Shown one piece after another: positions 16,618 to 35,630 of a DNA stretch of 64,000 bases (position 1 is the first letter of the stretch; every line of letters begins with the position of its first letter). The notes beneath the pieces were generated by a model. It saw only the letters and a list, made by a program, of their open reading frames with translations, had not been told where the DNA came from and ran no database searches. The position numbers were made by a program, and so were the translations under genes. The DNA is from the human T2T-CHM13v2.0 reference genome, Homo sapiens, in the NCBI RefSeq assembly GCF_009914755.1, contig NC_060926.1; one strand, 5' to 3'.

Positions 16618-17525
16618 AGGGGTCTAATATCCAGAATCTATAAGGAACTTAAACAACTCAACAAGCAAAAATCAACGTGATTAAAAAGTGGGTAAAGACA
16701 TGAACAGACACTTCTTAAAAGAAGACATATAAGCAGCCAATAAACATATGAAGAAATGCTCAATATCACGAATCATCAGAGAAATGCAAACCAAAACCAC
16801 AATGAGATACTATCTCACACCAGTCAAAATGGTGATTATCAAAAAGTTAAAAAATAACAGATTCTGACAAAGCTGCAGAGAAAAGGGTATGCTTACACAC
16901 TGTTGGTGGGAATATAAATTGGTTCAGCCACTGTGGAAAGCAGTTTGGAGATTTCTCGAAGAACTTAAAACAGAACAACTATTGACCCAGCAATGTCATT
17001 ACTGGGCATATACCCAAAGGCAAATGAATCATTCTATCAAAAGGCACATGGACACGACTGTTAATCACAGTGCTATTCACCATGGCAAAGACATGGAATC
17101 AACCTAGGTGCTCATCAACAGTGGATTGAATAAAGAAAATATACTCCATGGCATACATTGCAGCCCTAAAAAAGAGCAAAATCATGTTCTTTGCAGCAAC
17201 ATGTATACAACTGGAGGTCATTATCCTAAGTGAATTAATGCAGGAACAGAAAACCAAATACCACATGTTCTCACTTATAAGTGGGAGCTAAACATTGGGT
17301 AGTTGTGAACATAACGATGGCAACAATAGACACTGGAAACCACCAGAGAGGAGAGGGAGGGTGGGGAACTAGGGTTAAAAAAGTAACTATTGGGTACTAT
17401 ACTGCCCACTACTTGGGGGACAGGATCAGTCATACCCCAAACCTCAGCATCATTCAATATGCCCATATAACAAGCCTGCACATGTACTCCCTGAATCTAA
17501 AATAAAAGTAGAAATTATTTTTAAA
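16618..17525 (+). mobile_element. L1PA15/16-like 3' fragment, sense to the host gene
   Basis: ORF2 C-terminus ([24 protein letters not shown]) and a 3' UTR ending ctaaaataaaagtagaaatt. Confidence 0.9.
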
Positions 17526-17746
17526 ACTTACCAAACGTAAAGAAAGAAACCTGTACTGCTAGCTTTTAAAAGTTATTTAATAAATAAACCTATTTTATAA
17601 CAAAAATAGTAAAAATAAATTTCTACTTCAAAGTATAAAGCCAACAATATTAGCATTAAATTTAAACTTGCCAGAAATGCAGAATCTCAGGCCCCATCCA
17701 GACCTCTTGAGTCAGGACCTGTACATTAAAAATATATTTAGGTAAC

Positions 17747-18128
17747 TGGTATGGTTTGGCTCTGTGTCCCCACCAAAATCTCATCTCCATTTATAATCCC
17801 CATGTGTTGAGGGAGGGACCTGTAATCCCCATGTGTCCAAGGAGGGAGGTGATTGGATTTTGGGGGCGGTTTCCCTCATGCTGTTCTCGTGATGGTGAGT
17901 GATTTCTCATGAGATCTGAAGGATTTATAAGGCAGTGTTCCCAGCTCTTTGCTCGCTCGCTCTTCTGCCGCCTTGTGAAGAAGGTGCCTACTTCTCCTTC
18001 CGCCATGATTGTAAGTTTCCTGAGGCCTCTCCAGGCATATGGAGCTGTGAGACAATTAAACTTCTTTCCTTTATAAATTACCCAGCCTCAGGGAAGCTCT
18101 TTATCACAGTGTGAAACAGACTAATACA
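17747..18128 (+). mobile_element. THE1D-like solo LTR inserted in a MER5 relic
   Basis: TG...CA ends (tggtatggtttggctctgtgtcccc...gactaataca) and a perfect TSD GTAAC at 17742-17746 and 18129-18133. Confidence 0.9.
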
Positions 18129-19062
18129 GTAACGTATATGAATCTTAAAATTTGACGACAAGCGATGCTCTAGAACATTGCTTATCAAACCTTCTGGCAC
18201 ATTGGAATCACCTGAGAAGCTTTAAAAAAATTATTGATGCTAGGCTTCAACCTCAAGGATTTTTATTTAATTAATCTTGGGTGTTTCCCTAGGCACTGGT
18301 ATTTTTAAAAAGTACCCCAAATTATTTAATAACCACTTAAATAATTGACCAAGAATCAGATTCTGAGAAGCTTCTGCCTCTCAATTTGGTGAAACTTGGA
18401 AATAAGTCGGGTGGCCCAGATTCTCCCTCTTATTTTTTGCCACTATTTTTGGATGCCACCTACCTTTTTCCTTCTTCAATCATCTGAGTATCTTCAGTGA
18501 CATTTAGACCTAAATGTGGTTTATCAGTGACAAATGTTTGGCACTTGGTGGTTTCTAAGCAATGGAATTTTCTAGATTTCACTTTTTTCAGTTTCTCTAG
18601 TACTAATCTTCTGCCTTCATCCTTATTCCACACTCAGTTTATTTGCTATAATAAGTACTCAGTCACACACAGAGACTTCAACCAAACCCTAAACACCATC
18701 CTATCTGATTTGGGTTTTGATATTCTGCATAGTGAGAATATATGACATTTCCATGCTGAAGGCATTAAAGAAAATTTCTGCCTACTTAAGAAATAGTTAT
18801 TTTACGTGGAAGCATTCCAAAGAAAATATTTTGAAGATATTTCTGCAGGTGCCTCAAAATTCTTTGGAATTCAACTTCCGAAGAAGTATAGGATAGAGGA
18901 GAATTTAAGAGAGTATCAGGTCTCTCTGCTATGAAGCTAGATATATGTTGTTAATTGCAGTATGAATCTGTGAAATCATGGAATCATTAGGGCCCAAATT
19001 ATGAAGCAAGCATCAATTTAACAAAACGATTTTTGGAAAAACGTTTGAATTTGGGCACTCTT

Positions 19063-21635
<2,573 letters not shown>

Positions 21636-22081
21636 TTATTACTCCAACGTATAAGCAACATCAGCAGAATCCTACTTTATTATGAGACCCAATCATAGAA
21701 TACAGTGTTGTTAAAACATCCTAGTTGCATTAGTGTTGCATTCAGGTAAAAGAATAGGCCTTTAATATAGACGGAAGAGTTTATGCTTACATCATAGGAA
21801 AACAATGACTGGTTCAAGCCTACCATATGTCATGGTTGGGCTGTGATTCCTAGGTGAGTCTAAAGAGGAACTGGCTTTTGGTCTGTGTGGTAGTGGTGGT
21901 GGTGATGTTTTGCTCATACAAAAAACTTTTAATGCCCACAAATAAGTTCAACCTACTTTGGCTACTGTACTTAATAAATATAATAAATATATTAATTTGT
22001 TTAGATGAATGTGATGATGTTTAATTAATTCTCCTTCCTATTGCAATCAACTCCCCAGTAACAAAGCTGCTAAAATTTCAC

Positions 22082-22373
22082 TTTTTTTTTTTGAGACAGA
22101 GTCTCACTCTGTTGGCCAGGCTGCAGTGCTGTAGCACAGTCTTGGCTCACTGCAACCTCTGCCTCCCTGGTTCAAGCGATTCTCCTGCCTCAGCCTCCTG
22201 AGTAGCTGGGATTACAGGCACCTGCCACCACAGCCAGCTAATTTTTTGTATTTTTAGTAGAGACGGGGTTTCACCATGTTGGCCAAGCTGGTCTCGAACT
22301 CCTGACCTCGTGATCCACCCGCACCAGCCTCCCAAAGTGCTGGGATTACAGGAATGAGCCACCGCATCCAGCC
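22082..22373 (-). mobile_element. AluS
   Basis: Full dimeric Alu with the poly-T tail at the left end. Confidence 0.95.
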
Positions 22374-22889
22374 CACATTTGTTATTTTTAATGTCATCTT
22401 CTATTCTCTTTGTATAATTTGAAACTATATTTTCAACTGGGAACATGGATGAGCTGCTTTAAATTGGTAAGTTTGAAGCATAAGCTTGAAGTCAGTGAAA
22501 ATATGAAAGATGATGAGGGAAATTTGTAACACTTCAACGTTTATTTTTTTCCTCAACCTCCCTGAAAAGAATCTAATAGAAAAGATGATAGGATTATGCC
22601 AATTACAATTAGCTAATGTATAAGAAGTAGAAATAAATCTAAAAGATACAGACTATTAAACACATGTTTAAAATATGGTACACAAAGATACTGAATAAAT
22701 TAACACAGTCCTGGAATTATAATAGGATTTTGTCAGTCTTAGGTGGTAAATTGTGCACACTCTTTAGGAGAAATGAAGCAAATATAGAAAACATGACCTC
22801 AAAGAGCAATTTTTTGATGGACAGTGGCTTCCTGTTCCTATTTTAATGACCAATTAGGTGCTATATGAGAATATCAAGGTGTTTTTACA

Positions 22890-23825
22890 AATGTATTTTA
22901 TTGTAAAGTATAAGACAAGCATTCACAAGTGTTAAAGCATAGAAACATACATATAAAACCCAATGAATTATCACACCAGAACATCTGTGTAATACCACCT
23001 TGGCTGGCACTCTAGAAACTCACTTTGTGCTCATTACCAGTCATTAGGTTTTCCATCCTCCTCAAAAGAATCTCTGGCCTTTCTTTTTACAATGGGTATT
23101 TTGCTTGTTTTTGAACGTTATATAAATGAAATCATATAAGAGGAATTAATTGCTCAGTGTTCTGTTTATGGAATTCACCAATGTTTTTGATGTAGCTTCA
23201 GCCTATTCATTTTCATTATTGTATAGTATGTTAATGTGCTTCTATATGCACGGTATGTATGCATTCTACTATTGATGGTCATTTGGATCATATGCAATTA
23301 GAAGCTACTACAAGTAATAATGCTGTGAACATTTTTCTATATGTCTTTTGGTATACATATGCATTTCTCATACCGATGAATGAAATTATCAATTGCTGAG
23401 TCATAGGACATGCATATTTTCAGTTTTGGTAGATAATGCCAAATAGATTTCCAAAATTGGGGTACATATTTACATTCCCACCAATAAAGTGTGAGAACTT
23501 ATGTTTTTTTGCATCCTTACTAACACTTGGTAATTCCATTCTTTTAACATTAGCCATTCTCTTAAGGTATGTAATTATATCTTATTGTTTTAATTTATAT
23601 TTCTTGATTACCAATGAAATTGAGTAACTTTGCATATGCCTTTGGCCATTTGGATATTCTCTTCTAGGAAGTGCCTACCAAAGTCATATTTTTAATGAGC
23701 TTTTATTGATTTGTAGAAGTTCTTTACATGTTATGGAAATAAGTCCTTTGTTAGTTTTATGTGTTTTAAATATCTTCTCACTATTGTGGGTTCTGATTTC
23801 ACTCTCATAATGGTATTTTTTTGAT
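22890..23825 (-). mobile_element. Ancient L1M (L1ME-like) 3' fragment
   Basis: Degenerate motifs tttacattcccacca and ggccatttggatattctcttct. Confidence 0.7.
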
Positions 23826-24062
23826 GTGGCTACAGATTCCAGCAGAGTCTGCTAAGAGGCTGATACCTTTATTCTTTAGGCAAATTTTTCTATGTTATTT
23901 ATTTCCATTATATGTTTTAGTATATATAGAAGCAGACCCATATCTTGATCTTCCATAATCTTGGCTGAAGTTTGTATTTCACTGCTCTATGGTTTCAGTG
24001 GCTATCATAAAAATAAACATCCATCAACACAGGAGAAATATTCTATTAACTTAGACAATTCT

Positions 24063-24213
24063 GCCAGGTGCTGTAGCTCACACCTATAAACCCAGTTACT
24101 TAGAAGGCTGAGGTGAGAGAATTGCTTGAGCCCAGGAGTTCAGGGTTACAGTGATCATGCCATTGCACTCCAGACTGTGTGACAGAACAAGACAGCATCT
24201 CTAATAAAAATAA
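24063..24213 (+). mobile_element. Alu monomer (FRAM/FAM-like)
   Basis: Single right-arm-type monomer with an A-rich tail, flanked by acaatt on both sides. Confidence 0.8.
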
Positions 24214-25151
24214 CAATTTTTAACAGGAAGATTTTTTCTGATTTTGATAGTACTGCAATTTACATGAAATATGTAATACTATTTTAAGGTGTCTATTTTT
24301 AATAGACATGAAAAATGGGTGTTGAATTACACATTTGGAAAATTTACTGTATTGAAACATAATCTTAATCCCTTTTTAAGATGTTAAAAATATGTTAGTA
24401 GGATGGTTATGAAAAATCTTTTGTGAAAATAACCTAATACCTATAAAATCATTTCTATTTTAAAGAATGAAGGCCTGATACAGGGAACCATACGTTATCT
24501 TGAATCAAAATAAAATATTTCTTGTCGCTGAATAGATGACCCTATTTCAATAAATTATTATTTTCTTTACCATTGCTGCTATCATTGTGTTTTAGGGAAG
24601 CCTTTTGAATACCTGACACCCTATCTCACACTTTCAAATACTCCTTATTCATAACTGTGAGGGTGTTATAACCACATGTTTACTTACAAATAGTATTTTA
24701 AAGGTGTGTAGTGAGTAAGCCTCATGCTTTATAAAAGGAAACACTAATAAGCCTTAAAATTAACACTCATGTACATAGCAATTGAGATTTGGGGGTTGGA
24801 TGCATGGTATTATAGACATCCAGATTACTGATGAAGAGTGAACTGAAATAAGTCTTTGGAAACAGTGATGAGAGAAAATGTTTCAGAGACATGGGGACCC
24901 TAATACCAATGTGGAAGCATGGCTGCTATGAGATGTGACCTCTGAGAAGTGATTGGGTAGTCAGAACTGGTTGTCATGCAACACAAAATGACTATGTCTG
25001 CTCACACTGGGTCAGTCTAATGGGAATATTTAATTGATTTCTTAGTGTAACTCTAGAATCACAAATTGTGCTTTTTTTTAAATGGCTATTCAAAGTACTG
25101 ATATTTTTTCTAGACCAACTAGTCTGAGAGATAACAGGCTAATTAAAAATG

Positions 25152-27833
<2,682 letters not shown>

Positions 27834-29559
27834 TAGTTGCTTTTTTTTCTTTTCTACCTTGAACATCTTCCTGCAGATGCTCCATCATCTTCCTAGCTCT
27901 AGTTTCTTATCTCTAATGGAGGTAAAGCAGGAAAGTTCTTACTTCACTGCTACTGTGGCAAGTTAATGTCACACTCCTTAGGCTTAGCAAGAATTTGAGT
28001 TTATTCATTCTCTCCTGGAGGTTTTCTCACCTGCACTCTTTTCTGCGTTACTATTTATTCCTCTTCATCCCCTAGGCATTCAGTTATAATGATAGAGTCT
28101 CTCTGCTGAAATATTCTCAGTGCTCTGTGGCAGCCCAAGATGACTCTATATTCCACACCCTCTCTCTCTCTTCTCCCCGCTCCCCTCTCATGTGTGTGGC
28201 TTATGTATGATTCACAGAAGACACACACACACTCAGATTGAGTGCTCTGGTAAATACTGAAAGTGTGTGTTATTGAATGCAGCAATGTCAGCCATCAGCA
28301 GCTAGGCTGACTTTATGTTTCTCAGGTAAGAATCATACCCCTACTGCCATCCCTTTTAAGGAGAATAAGTAAATGTCAGACTCATGTTACAGCTCTTTCC
28401 GAAGAACTCTAAAATGTGTCTGTTTCATCTCATGATCCTTTATAGCCAGCCTCTGTGTGGGTGAAAAATTAGAGTCACATAACTAGGTTTTTAGAGCATG
28501 GTTTGCAAATTCTGCATATAATCTTATATCCCATGTGGAAATAAATATCTGTTCTTGGTGCTTCATCTGAAACATTCATTTTACCAATCTATTACCCTGT
28601 AATGAAATTACTAATTAGAATTGATAATATTATATTATTTCAATTATGTAAATGAATTAAAATCTAGAAATTTCAATGAATAGATTGTGCATGACATTCA
28701 AATACTATGAACACAATTTTAAAGTTCAACTAAAAATGGAAAATATTATTGAGCTTCAAGGAGACTGGAGACATAAATTTGGAACAGAACTACCAAACTT
28801 GTCATAATTTCATAAGATAGATTATCTGAATATGGATTCATCTGAACTATAACAAAGATAAAGAGGAAGAAAAGTGTCTGTGATTCAGAAATTCACAATG
28901 GTAAGCATTTTGTGAATCTGTTCTCTTAAGCTAAATGTCATAGTAACCAAGGCTTGTGTACTTCATGACAGCAAGATTACATATTAAAATGGAAGTTTTT
29001 CAATTCACTTCTGTCATTGTACTTGTAATGCTGGCATGATAAATATATATTCTCAACATATTTGTAAAATATTGTCCAGAAAGTGTCTAAAAAATAGAGT
29101 GCTTTTGGAGAGGGCCTGCAAAAGGAGAGTATTTTCACTGATTATTAGGAACTATCTCTTTAAGCCCTGGTTAATTAGTATGTGAGTTATTAAGGCAATA
29201 TAAGTAATATAGCTAATAATGCAAAGATAGAAGTTTGCTAAGGAATTTGTTGTTTCCAGTTATGATTCTACAAGGGCTTTCCTCAGATAGCATAATGATT
29301 TAAATTTGATTTTCTTAACTAATTATTTGTTGAAAATACAGTCCATATTCCAAATGGAAATACCTTATTTGTCTATTTCTGATTATAACAGTAATAAATG
29401 TTCTTTGGAATTCCAGTGCTATTGAAAATTAGGCTAGCCAGATCTTCTTTCTCTTAACACAGTTCTCATTGACCACCCTACAACATCCAACATTATTGAC
29501 TTCTTATTCTTTTTAAATTCTTTTCTACTTTGTTCCTGGTTATACTACTCTCTCCGTGA

Positions 29560-30110
29560 GATGTATGTTCCATGAAGGCAGAGGCTTTTTTTCTGTTTAT
29601 ATCTGTCTTATTCACTACTTAGTATGGTATCTGACAAAAGAAAGGTGTTCATTAAATGTTTGTGTAATGTATTAATCCTTTTACATATTTATTCCTTTTC
29701 CGATTCTTTTGTTAACTTATTTTCCTTCTGCCAAATCTTAAACCTTATTACTTCTCCAGTGTTGAGTCTTCTTCTCTCTCAAGACTTTCATTTTGAGTCA
29801 TCATCATCATTGTAATCATGTGATATCTTTAGTTAAATGTTATCTATGTCTCTATCTCTGTCCCTGCTCTCTCTTCCAGAATCCAATCTCAAATCTCCAA
29901 CTGCCTTATGACCTTCTTCATATGATGGTCCCTTAGTCACCTCAAAGTTAGCATATGCAAAACTTATCTTTGGAGCACCCAACCTACAATGCTGGCTCTC
30001 ATTCTGACAACTCTCTTTTAATTAATGGCATGATTATTCTACCTGCTTCAATTTGTAAAGCTCTCTATTTCTGGTAGGTAATTCTATATCATCATTATAA
30101 CCATCACCCC
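29560..30110. mobile_element. L2 relics
   Basis: ttccatgaaggcagaggc...ttcattaaatgtttg and tccaactgcct...cacctcaaagttagcatat. Confidence 0.55.
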
Positions 30111-30148
30111 CTATCTCTAATATAATCATCAGTAATATTATGTGATTC

Positions 30149-30444
30149 TTTTTTTTTTTTTGAGACGGAGTCTCGCTCTGTCAACCAGGCTGGAGTGCAG
30201 TGGCGCGCGATCTCGGCTCACTGCAAGCTCCGCCTCCTGGGTTCACACCATTCTCCTGCCTCAGCCTTCCGAGTAGCTGGGACTACAGGCACGCCCGCAC
30301 CAGGCCGGCTAATTTTTTGTATTTTTAGTAGAGACGGGGTTTCGCCATGTTAGCCAGGATGGTCTCGATCTCCTGACCTCGTGATCCGCCCTTCTCGGCC
30401 TCCCAAAGTGCTGGGATTACAGGCGTGAGCCCCCGCGCCCGGCC
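30149..30444 (-). mobile_element. AluY
   Basis: AluY diagnostics (gcaagctccgcctcc, ttagccaggatggtctcgatc); TSD ttatgtgattcttt on both sides. Confidence 0.93.
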
Positions 30445-31344
30445 AATATTTATGTGATTCTTTATTGCTTGAAAAGTATTTTTACATCTATAATTTCCTC
30501 TTTTGGGGCTTGGTCCAATCTTCTGGGAGACTAATTCTGGCAGGTAGAAATATAAGGAGGCCAATATCAGTACATTGCTTATTCACCATTGCTAGCGTCT
30601 TACTCCTGGGTTTACTCTGACTTTGGTCCCCAGCTCTCCAGTGCTATTATTTCTTTGCTTCTTTCTGTTATCCATATTCCTGTCTTGCAACCAAGTTTCC
30701 CTTTAATGAGATATTCTATTTCACTCCAGTTTTCCTATGATGGAACCACTTTGCTAGACAAAGCCTGCGCATTTGGACTTGTGCTCATTACATGATGCAA
30801 ACTAGTGTGATAAACCTAGTTATTGTATTTTATTAACTTCTTACAAAACAGTATTCATGACTCACTTGTTCCTTTACTTCTGCCTGCAGATCTGCTTTTT
30901 GGAATTTCATTTTTGTACTACTGACCCTTGGATTTGCTTACAAAACTAAATTACTGTTTTTTTCTTGAGCTTTTGAATTTTTGATATTGACTGCTTCCAG
31001 TTTGGTCCACACTAATTTCAACCAGTCATCAATTATTAAAGATATAATCCTCATTTAAAATGTTATATATCTCTATATATTTTAAATATGTAGTATAATT
31101 TTATATATGCTTATTTTTATTTGTATATATAAATATATACATATTATTTACCATATATTATATATACATGCATAGGAAAGGACTCTTTCTGGTTCCCTAG
31201 TATTGGAATTTTTGCTTTTCTTCTCTCTGGTATTTTTTCATCCTTGTTTGATTCAGACAACCTGGCTATTGTTTTACTGCTTACCCGGGATCTTAATGCT
31301 TCAGGTTCGGCTGGATTCCAGCTTTTCCTTGGTTTTAATTCTAA

Positions 31345-31347
<3 letters not shown>

Positions 31348-31395
<48 letters not shown>
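31348..31395. repeat. (AT)~24 microsatellite
   Basis: Uninterrupted TA run. Confidence 0.98.
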
Positions 31396-31399
<4 letters not shown>

Positions 31400-32284
31400 A
31401 ATCTACATCTGCATCAAATCCCTCTCTAGAGCATGCAGTGGATTTCAGACCTGGGATTTCATCTTGAACTTCAGCTACTGAGATATTTTCTTGCATTATT
31501 CTATTTCTAAATTATTCTATTAGAATAATTCTATTAGAATTATTCTATTTCTATATTATTGTATTTCTAAATCCATTGCCTAAACCAAACCATTAATTTT
31601 GTCTCAGTAATCCTGGATCTTTTTCTTTTACCATATAGTCAAAAATATTATGTCCTTAATGCTGGTGTGGCCTGACTTAATCCCACCTCTTCTTGTGAAA
31701 ACCTCCTTGACCGTGTAGCCTTCATTTGTTTTTACACCTCTTTACCCTTATAGCACTAAGCACCAGACATGTTAGTGCTTAATTATTATTGTCTTACATT
31801 GTCTGTTATTATGTATTCATCTTATTTTTAAAACCAGATTATAAGCAATTTAAGAACAATAAATATGGTATAGCATTTATGTGAACTGGAATAGATACTA
31901 TCCTACAGTTAATGAATTGACCAAGCAACTATTCAAAGTACAGCCAGGCTGAAGACGGCAGTATGTTGTTTTTTTAAAAGATACTTTATTTGCTCAATAA
32001 ATCTAGGAAGAAATCAGCCTCACATTTTTTTGAACTGCAACTTCTTTGCTTGCCATCATTTAATTAATTGCCGAGTTAAAGGACCCTCTTGGCTAATAAG
32101 ATAGCAAAATTGTCATGGATTCTCATGAATCTCAATATAATTGAACTTACAATTCATCTAAATTATTCCACTTTGTTTTTTATACTATTTGCAGTAATTT
32201 CATTCCACTTGAATAATAAGGGAATGTTTTCTCATGTTCTGTAAATATATTATTTGAGGATATTTTACTTTTTTTCTATATTTA

Positions 32285-32648
32285 TGTATTGGTCTGTTTT
32301 CATGCTGCTGATAAAGACATACCTGAGACTGGGTAATTTATAAAGAAAAAGAGGTTGAATGGATCACAGTTCCATATGGCTGAGGAGGCCTCACAATCAT
32401 GGCGGGAAGCAAAAGGAAGGCACATCTTACATGGCAGCAGACAAGAGAGAATAAGAGCCAAGCAAAAGGGGTTTCCCCTTATAAAACCATCAGATCTCAT
32501 GAGACTTATTCACTACCATGGGAACAGTATGGGGAAACTGTCCCCATGATTCAATTATCTCTCACTGGGTCTCTGCCACAACACATAAGAATTATGGGAG
32601 CTAAAATTCAAGATGAGATTTGGGTGAGGACACAGCCCAACCATACCA
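32285..32648 (-). mobile_element. THE1B/C-like solo LTR
   Basis: tgtattggtctgttttcatgctgctgataaagac...aaccatacca; TSD attta/atttc. Confidence 0.9.
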
Positions 32649-33294
32649 ATTTCTTTCTATAGAATATACATTTAAAAATTGACATAAGTGTGCTAAGTGC
32701 TCTGCACATTTCAGCTCCCAAGGAATGCATATTGTAGGAACTAAAGCAAAAAAAAAAAAAAAATAACAACAACCAGGGCAGTTTTATTGAGTTCAGTAAA
32801 GAATATGTTTCCCTATATTTTAATAACCACATCTATTCTTATCTGATTTACTTTAAGAATCTATTTTCCTCTTTAATGCAGTTAACTAATACTATTTCTT
32901 ATACAATGGCAGTTTGAAATATTAATCCAAACATTTTTACAATTTTTCCATCCATTTTCATAACATGCCAGTGTTATATTTAGTTTAATAGGCTAAGGTT
33001 ACCTTTCATATTGATGGATTTACTCTGAACTTCTAGCTGCTCTTAAGGTAGTTGTGAGGTTTTTTTTTTTTCCTGTTATTGTAATTACAGTTACAGAATA
33101 AGACTGGAAACTTTGAGCAAGTTTATTTTCTGTTTTTAAAAAAAACCCAGAAACAAACAAGCTGACATGTTGATGAGATATATTTTATTACCCTACTTTA
33201 CCCAGAAAGCTATGCATAAAGTTCATACAACAAGATAAAATTTTAAAAAAAAGCCAAAAGTGTACAAAATACATCTTGGCTTCATCTTTTAAAT

Positions 33295-33760
33295 AAATTA
33301 ATATTTGTTAAACCTTTGATATTTACTGAGGATATAGCAGTGAATAAAACAAACATGGTTTCTGCCCTTATATTTCATCCATTCTAGCAAAAAGATAGAT
33401 GCAAAATCAATTATTGCACAATTAATTATTAGTTGCAATTGTGATAAGTAGATCAAGAGATGTAGGGTGCTATAAGTTAGGATAGCAGGGGCCTGATTTG
33501 TTTGTATATGAATATGCTTAGATGTGGATATGTATGTGTTCATATGTCTGTTTTACAAAGATGATTAGGTAGGTGTGCCAAAGTATACTACATTTAAGCA
33601 GAGAGTAGATGTCTAAGACAGCTACAAGATTCTGAGGTAGGGAAGAGCATGATATTTTTAAGAGTCTTAAAGAAGGCTAATGTACCTAGACTGTAATAGC
33701 AAGGGAAAGACTGGCAGAAGATGAGGCTAATGAGTTAGGCAAGAGTTACCACAGATATTT
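33295..33760 (-). mobile_element. L2 relic
   Basis: gatatagcagtgaataaaacaaacatggtttctgccctt...tattgcacaattaatt. Confidence 0.6.
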
Positions 33761-34465
33761 ATTTACACAGAAATATGACACTATATTATCATTGTGTGTT
33801 TATTTTTCACCTTTGCCCTCTGAAATACTCTCAATTATGACTTAGTTGTAATCTAATTATTTCAATAACTTATTAATTGGTTTATTTTCATATATGAAAT
33901 GATTAATATTATAGATTTCAGTAATTGCTCTATAGCTGTTACTGATTTACTCATTCTTTTGTGTTTTAAAAAGTTTAAAACATACCAGATGTTTTATTGA
34001 ACTAACATTGAATTCATGATTTTTTTTTATGACTAAGGCTTCCTCATCATTCAATAAAGTTTTATAATTTTTATCACAAATATGCTACATAATTTTGCTG
34101 GATTTATTCCTAATATTATATTTTTCTTCTAAGGTAAATGAATTTTTTTCTGGCTAGACTAATAGTTTTTGCTGCCCTATAGGAATAGTATGGATTTTCT
34201 TTTTAAGACCTAGTAAAGATTTCTAGGTAAAAATCATATAATCTGTACAAAATATAATGAAAAAGGAAATAATGAAAGCAAAATCCCAAGAATTCTTTTT
34301 TCCCCCCTCAAAGAATGCGTTGAAGAATGGGCAAATAAAATCGGGAATATTTAGAGGTAGGAAGGTGGTGAAAAGGTTCACAAAGAAGTTTCAATTTCAA
34401 CAAAAAGCTTTTAATTCAAAGATTTTTCTTTCTTTTTCTGAGAGTGATCAGAACATGAAGATGGC

Positions 34466-34946
34466 TGTTGGGAGACAAATCTCCATGTATCCTTTATGTT
34501 CCCAAACATCTTTTGGGCAAAGGCACTAAGTGCCTTTGTGCCTGTCTGTCTTTACAAGTATGTTTATATCGTGAACACACTAGGAAGATATAGATAGTGT
34601 CTCTCTCTGGAGCAAAGGGTAGGTTTTTTATCTTTATACAGTAAAGATAATGTCTCCTTATGGGGCAACAATCAGTGAGGATTATTGTCCATTATGAAAG
34701 ACTTGAGTTCCTTACCTTGGTTCTCCCCTGTCACATATCCCGCTACATGTGCAGCATCTCCTGGCCCTTTGCACACCCTTCTGTGGGAGTTGGGGCTCAG
34801 AATGCAACACAAATGATGATACTCTAGGTACTACTATTCTGTGCATAATAAACCATCTTTTGTCTCTGACTCAAGAGTCTCATGGCTTTTGCTAGCATCC
34901 ATAAAACTGGCAGGGCAAATCCTGATACCCTTCACAATTCTTGGCA
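34466..34946 (+). mobile_element. MER68-like ERVL LTR (5' LTR of a decayed provirus)
   Basis: Begins TGTTGGGAGACAAATCTCCATG; contains gatagtgtctctctctggagcaaaggg and aataaa...tgtctctgac; ends cccttcacaattcttggCA. Matches my recollection of the MER68 consensus. Confidence 0.8.
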
Positions 34947-35240
34947 GTTTTGGCAGTGAGGAAGGGATACTGACAGAGACATGGCTTTTGGAAAAAGAAG
35001 GATGATGGCCTCACAGCTAATTAATAGACTTTGAAAGAAGTCCATTGGTATTGGTAGCAAACTTGTGGACCAAATTGTCTAGTAAGCAGAGCAATAAATA
35101 TTCTTCTACTCTATTGCTCATTAATGAGGAGGATTTGGGGAGGTAGTTGCAAGCTGAGAACCAGGCAACAGATATGATTTAACTGTCCTTTAGGCAGGGA
35201 GATTACAGTCTGGCAGTAGTCTCAGGTTCACCTATTGTAA

Positions 35241-35630
<390 letters not shown>

